64,000 bases of DNA from the human T2T-CHM13v2.0 reference genome, Homo sapiens: assembly GCF_009914755.1 (NCBI RefSeq), contig NC_060935.1; one strand, written 5' to 3'. The notes under the pieces are model-generated. The model made no database searches. It saw nothing but the letters and a program-made list of their open reading frames with translations, and was not told the origin of the DNA. Of the stretch, positions 59,056 through 64,000 are shown piece after piece (positions within the stretch are counted from its first letter, which is position 1; the number at the start of each line of letters is the position of its first letter). Position numbers and translations under genes: made by a program.

Positions 59056-59949
59056 TATTATTTACTGATACAGTAGTAACTAGGGAAGAAATAATTGTTA
59101 AGACAGTATTTCCTGAAAAGTTCTAAGAGAGACTATGGCAGCCCCAGAGAATGGCAGAGAGGAGAGCAGGTGAGAGCTAGTGGTGAAAGTTTCAGAACAG
59201 GGGCTTCATACACGGAACACAGGATGTTATGACAAACACCTCAGATAGGATTGGAGGATCTGTGAGAAGAGAGAACAGGTGCTGTCTGCCCAGGGCAGCC
59301 TTCGAGGTGGCAGAGGAAATTTTCCTAAGCCAGCATGATGGGTTAGGCAGCAGCAGGGTAGAAATGGCAGCAGGCTGACTCCCGCCTGACAGAGGGCCCG
59401 AGGCGGCACCCAGCATGGAAGAGCACAGGAGTCTGAATGTCGATGAAGGGGAACCACGACAGAGTGAGGACATCTGGACAGCTGTCAGTGGGTGAGATGT
59501 TGATGAACACGCAGAGACATAAGGTTCATTTCGAAGGGTGTAGAATCAAGGTGGGCCACAGACCAGAGGCTCTGTGCCCACCATGATGCCACAGGAACCC
59601 CAGAATGTATATGCCACTCTGGAGAGAAGGGTTCCAAAGAAAGAAATTCCAGCTGACTGAGTTTGAGTCTAAAGTGACTGAGCAAACCCTGAGGTGAGTG
59701 AGTTTTTTAGGAACTGACACAATTATGTTTTCTGTCTCCAGACAGAATGGTGAACTGAAATACAGATTAATTTGAGTTATGGAAAAAGAGGGTCAATATT
59801 TTTTGCATAATCCTGTACATGACTGCGAAATTCATGCCCCATAATTAAAAATAATAAGCTGTGATTCATTGACTCAATGGAATACTACACAGTAGTTAAA
59901 AGAGTGAAATATATCTATGGGCACTGTTATACAAAATTGTTGACATTAC

Positions 59950-62765
59950 TTTTTTATTGATACAAATATTTGTACATAGTTATCAGGTGCATGCTGTATT
60001 TTGTTACATGCACACAAAATGTAATGATCAATTCAGGATATTTAAGTTGTCCATCATCTTGAGTATTTATCATTACTATGTGTTGGGAACACTTAAAGTC
60101 CTCTCTTCTAGCTATTTTGAAATACACAATACATTTTTGTTAACGATAGTCACTCTACTCTGCTATCAAACATTAGAACTTATTCCTTCTATCTAACTGT
60201 ATTTTTGTACCAATTAACCAACCTCTATTTCCTACCATGGCGCATCCAACACACACCCTTCACAGACTCTGGTATCTCTCATTCTATTCCTACCTTCATG
60301 GTACCAACTTCCTCAGCTCCCACGTATGAGTAAAAGCATGTAGTATTTGTCTTTCTGTTTCTGGTTTATTTCACATAACATAATGAGTTCCAGTTCCATC
60401 CGTGTTGCTGCAAATTTCGTTCTTTTGTAAGGCCAAATAGAATTACATTGTGTATAAGTATGTTTTTATTCCATTTGTCTATTGATGGACATCTAGGTTG
60501 ATTCCCTATCTTTGCTATTGTGAATAGTGCTGCAATAAACACGATAGTGCAGGTATCCTTTTGATATACTGATTTATTTTCCTTTGGGTACATGTCCAGT
60601 AGTGGAATTGATGGATGATATGACACTTCCATTTTTAGTTTTTTGAGAAATCTTCATACTGTTTTTCATAGTGACTGTACTAATTTACATTCTCACCAAC
60701 AGTATATAAGAGTTACCTTTTCTCTGCATCCTCCCCAGCATCTGTTATTTTTTGTCTTTTTAATGATAGCCATTCAAACTGAGGTAAGATGATACTTCAT
60801 TGTGATTTTTGTTTGCATTTTTCTGACGATTAGTGAGGTTGAGCATTTTTTATATACCTGTTGACGATTTGTATGGTTTTTTTTTTTTTTTGAAAAGTGT
60901 CTCAATGTTCTTTATCCATTTTTTTAAATGGGATTATTTGTGTTTTGTTGTTGTTGAGATGTTTGAATTTCTTGTATTTTCTGGATATTAGTGCCTCGTA
61001 GAATGAATAGTTTGCAAATATTTTCTCTCATTCAACAAAATTGTTTCTTCACTTCGTTGATTGCGTCCTTTGCTGTGTAGAAGATTTTTAGTTTAATATT
61101 GTTGCATTTCTCTATTTTTATTTTTGTTGCCTATGCTCTCAAGGTCTTAGCTATAAAATCTTTGGCTAGACCAATGCACAAAGTGTTTCTTCCTTGGTTT
61201 TTATGTAGTACTTTATAGTTTTGGATTTCATGTTTGAAATCTTTAATTTATCTTCACTTGGATTTTGTGTATGGTGAGAGATAGAGGTCCAGTGTCATTC
61301 TTCTGCATGTGAGTATCCAATTTTCCCAGCACCACTTATTGAAGGGGGTGTCCATTTTCCAATGTATGTTCTTGGCACCTTTGTCAAAAATCAGTTGACT
61401 GTAAATTCATGGATATATTTCTGTGTTCTCTATTTTGTTCCATTGGTCTGTGTCTGTTTTTTTGCCAATGCCATGCTTTTGGGTTACTTTAGCCTTGTAG
61501 TGTATTTCGAAGTGAGGTAGTGTGATGCCTCCAGCTTTGTCCTTTTTGCTCACGATTTCTTTGGCTATTCAGACTATTTTTTGGTTCCATATAAATGTTA
61601 GAATTATTTTTTCTATTTCTGTGAAAAGTGACATTGGTATTTTGATAGGGATTGCATTGAATCTATAGATTGCTTTGGGCAGTTATGGTCATTTTAATGG
61701 TATTAATCCTTCCAATCCATGAGTATGGAATGTCTTTCCATTTGTTTGTGTCCTCTAAAATTTCTTTCATCAGTGTTTTGTAGTTTTCCCTGTAGAGGTC
61801 TTTCATTGCCTTGGTTAAGTGTGTTTCTAGGTATTTTATTTTTTGTAGAAATTGTAAATGGGATTGCCTTCTTAATTTCTTTCTCAGCTAGTCCATTATT
61901 GATGTATAGAAATGGTACTGATTTTCATATGTTGATTTTTTATGCTACAACTTTGCTGAATTTATCAAATATAAAAGTTTTTTGGTAGAGTCTTCACGTT
62001 TTCTAGACATACGATCATGTCATCTACAAAGAGGGACAATTTGACTTTTTTTTTTTTCTTCAGTTTGGATTCCTTTTATTTTTTTCTCTTGCCTGATTAT
62101 TCTGGCTAGGACTTCAGGTACTATGTTGAATAGGAGTAGTGAAAGTGAGTATCTTTATCTTGTTCCAGTTCTTAGAGGAAAGGATTTCAGCTTTTCCCCA
62201 TTTGGTATAATGTTAGTTATGGATTTGTCATATATGATCTTTATTATGTTGAGGTATGTTTCTTCAATGACTAATTTGTTGAGAGTTTTTTTTTTTTTAA
62301 TCAGGAAGCAATGCTAAATTTTATCCAATACTTTTTCTATGCCTTTTGAGATGGCATATATTTTTTGTCCTTCATTCTGCTGACGTGATGTATGACATTT
62401 ATTGATTTGCATGATTTGCAAACTTTGAACCATTCTTGCATCTTTGAAATAAATTCTACTTGATTATTGTGTATTTTCTTTTTGAGGTGATGTTGTATTC
62501 AGTTTGTTAATATTTTGTTGAGGATTTTTGCATGTATGTTCATCAGTGATATTGGCCTGTAGTTTTTTATTGCATCATTGTCTGCTTTTGGTACCAAGGT
62601 AATGCGGTCTTCATAGAATGAGTTAGAGAGAACTCCCTCCTCTTCAATTTTTTGGAATAATTTCAGAAGAATTGGTGCTAGTTCTTGTTAGAAAGTTTGG
62701 TAGAATTTGGCAATGAAGCCATCAGGTCCTGGACTTTTCTTTGTTGGGAGATTGTTTTTTAATGG
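59950..62765 (-). mobile_element. L1MA-type element (3' UTR + ORF2)
   Basis: 'tgtgttgggaacacttaaagtcctctcttctagctattttgaaatacacaatacatt' is an L1MA 3' end. The ORF2-like peptide at 60366-60632 supports this. Confidence 0.88.
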
Positions 62766-62789
62766 TAATTTTCTCTTTTTTAAAAATTA

Positions 62790-64000
62790 TTTATTTATTT
62801 TTAATTTTACTTTGAGTTCCAGGATACATATGCAGAATGTGCACATTTTTTTTTTGTTATATAGGTATATGTGAGCCATGGTAGTTTGTTGAACCTATCC
62901 TGTCACCCAGGTTTTAAGCCCCGCATGCATTAGCTATTTGTCCTGAGGCTCTTCTTTCCCTTACCCCCAACCCCCAACAGGCCCTAGTGTGTGTTGTTCC
63001 CCTCCTGTGTCCATGTGTTCTCATTGTTCAACTCCCACTTATAAGTGGGAATATGCAGTGTTTGGTTTTCTGTTCCTGTGTTAGTTTGCTGAAGATGATG
63101 GCATCCAGCTTCATCCATGTCCCTGCAAGGACATGATCTCATTCCTTTTTGTGGCTGCACAGTATTCCATGGTGTCTATGTACCACATTTTCTTTATCCA
63201 GTCCATCATTGATGGCCACTTGAGTTGGTTCCATGTCTTTGCTGTTGTGAATAGTGCTGCAATAAACATATGTGTGCATGTATCTTTACAACAGAATAAT
63301 TTCTATTTCTTTGGGTATATACCCAGTAATGAGATTGCTGGGTCAAATGGTATCTCTGGTTCTAGATCCTTGAGGAATAACCACACTATCTTCCACAATG
63401 GTTGAACTAATTTACATTACCACACACAATGTAAAAGCATTTTTATTTCTCCACAGCCTCGCCAGCATCTGTTGTTTCTTGACTTTTTAATAATAGCCAT
63501 TCTGACTGGGGTGAGATGGTATCTCCTTGTGGTTTTGATTTGCATTTCTCTAATTATCAGAGATGTTGAGCTTTTCTTCATGTTTGTTGGCTGCATAAAT
63601 GTCTTCTTTTGAGAAGGGTCTGTTCATGTCCTTTGCCCAATTTTTGATGGGGTTGTTTGTATTTTTCTTGTAAATTTGTTTAAGTTCCTTGTAAATTCTG
63701 GATATTAGACCTTTGTTAGACGGGTAGATTGCAAAAATGTTCTCCCATTCTGTAGGTTGCCTGTTTCCTCTGATGATAGTTTCTTTTGCTGTGAAGAAGC
63801 TCTTTAGTTTAATTAGACCCCATTTGTCAATTTTAGCTTTTGTTGCAATTGCTTTTGGTAATTTTATCATAAAATATTTGTCCATGCCTATGTCCTGAAT
63901 GGTATTGCCTAGGTTTTCTTCTAGGGTTTTTATGGTTTTGGGCTTTACATGTAAGTCTTTAATCCATCTTGAGTTAATTTTTGTATAAAGTGTAAGGAAG
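62790..64000 (-). mobile_element. L1PA (L1PA8/10-like), running off the window end
   Basis: Primate 3' UTR 'ggttttaagccccgcatgcattagctatttgtcctg'. ORF 63550-63885 is L1 ORF2p ([12 protein letters not shown]...). Confidence 0.93.

Overview
Primate (most likely human or great-ape) non-coding DNA, intergenic or deep intronic. I recognise no protein-coding exon, CpG island, tRNA, rRNA or CRISPR array. The ORF track is essentially artefact: Alu, L1, L2 and ERV relics and a minisatellite. Most of the window is layered transposon debris: about 17 Alus, young L1PA 3' fragments, large old L1M blocks (including a near-full-length L1MD-type element with a candidate TSD), solo LTRs (LTR8, THE1, MLT1), an ERVL gag-pol relic, DNA-transposon MITEs (MER63, MER5A, MER85, Tigger3), MIR and L2. 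Four structures stand out. (1) An L1PA insertion carries, inside its TSD, an antisense fragment of U2 snRNA (nt ~25-50, including the branch-point recognition sequence) at its 5' junction. (2) An Alu is interrupted by a 118-bp copy of unique DNA lying ~0.4 kb beyond the insert. (3) An L2 is interrupted by an inverted ~185-bp copy of another L2 segment 3.4 kb away. (4) A ~1.6-kb 11-mer minisatellite has grown from a motif in an L1 3' UTR. With two micro-scale fold-back clusters, these suggest repeated templated-insertion or template-switch repair events. Repeat subfamily names come from my recall of consensus sequences, not a RepeatMasker run, and old-element boundaries are approximate.
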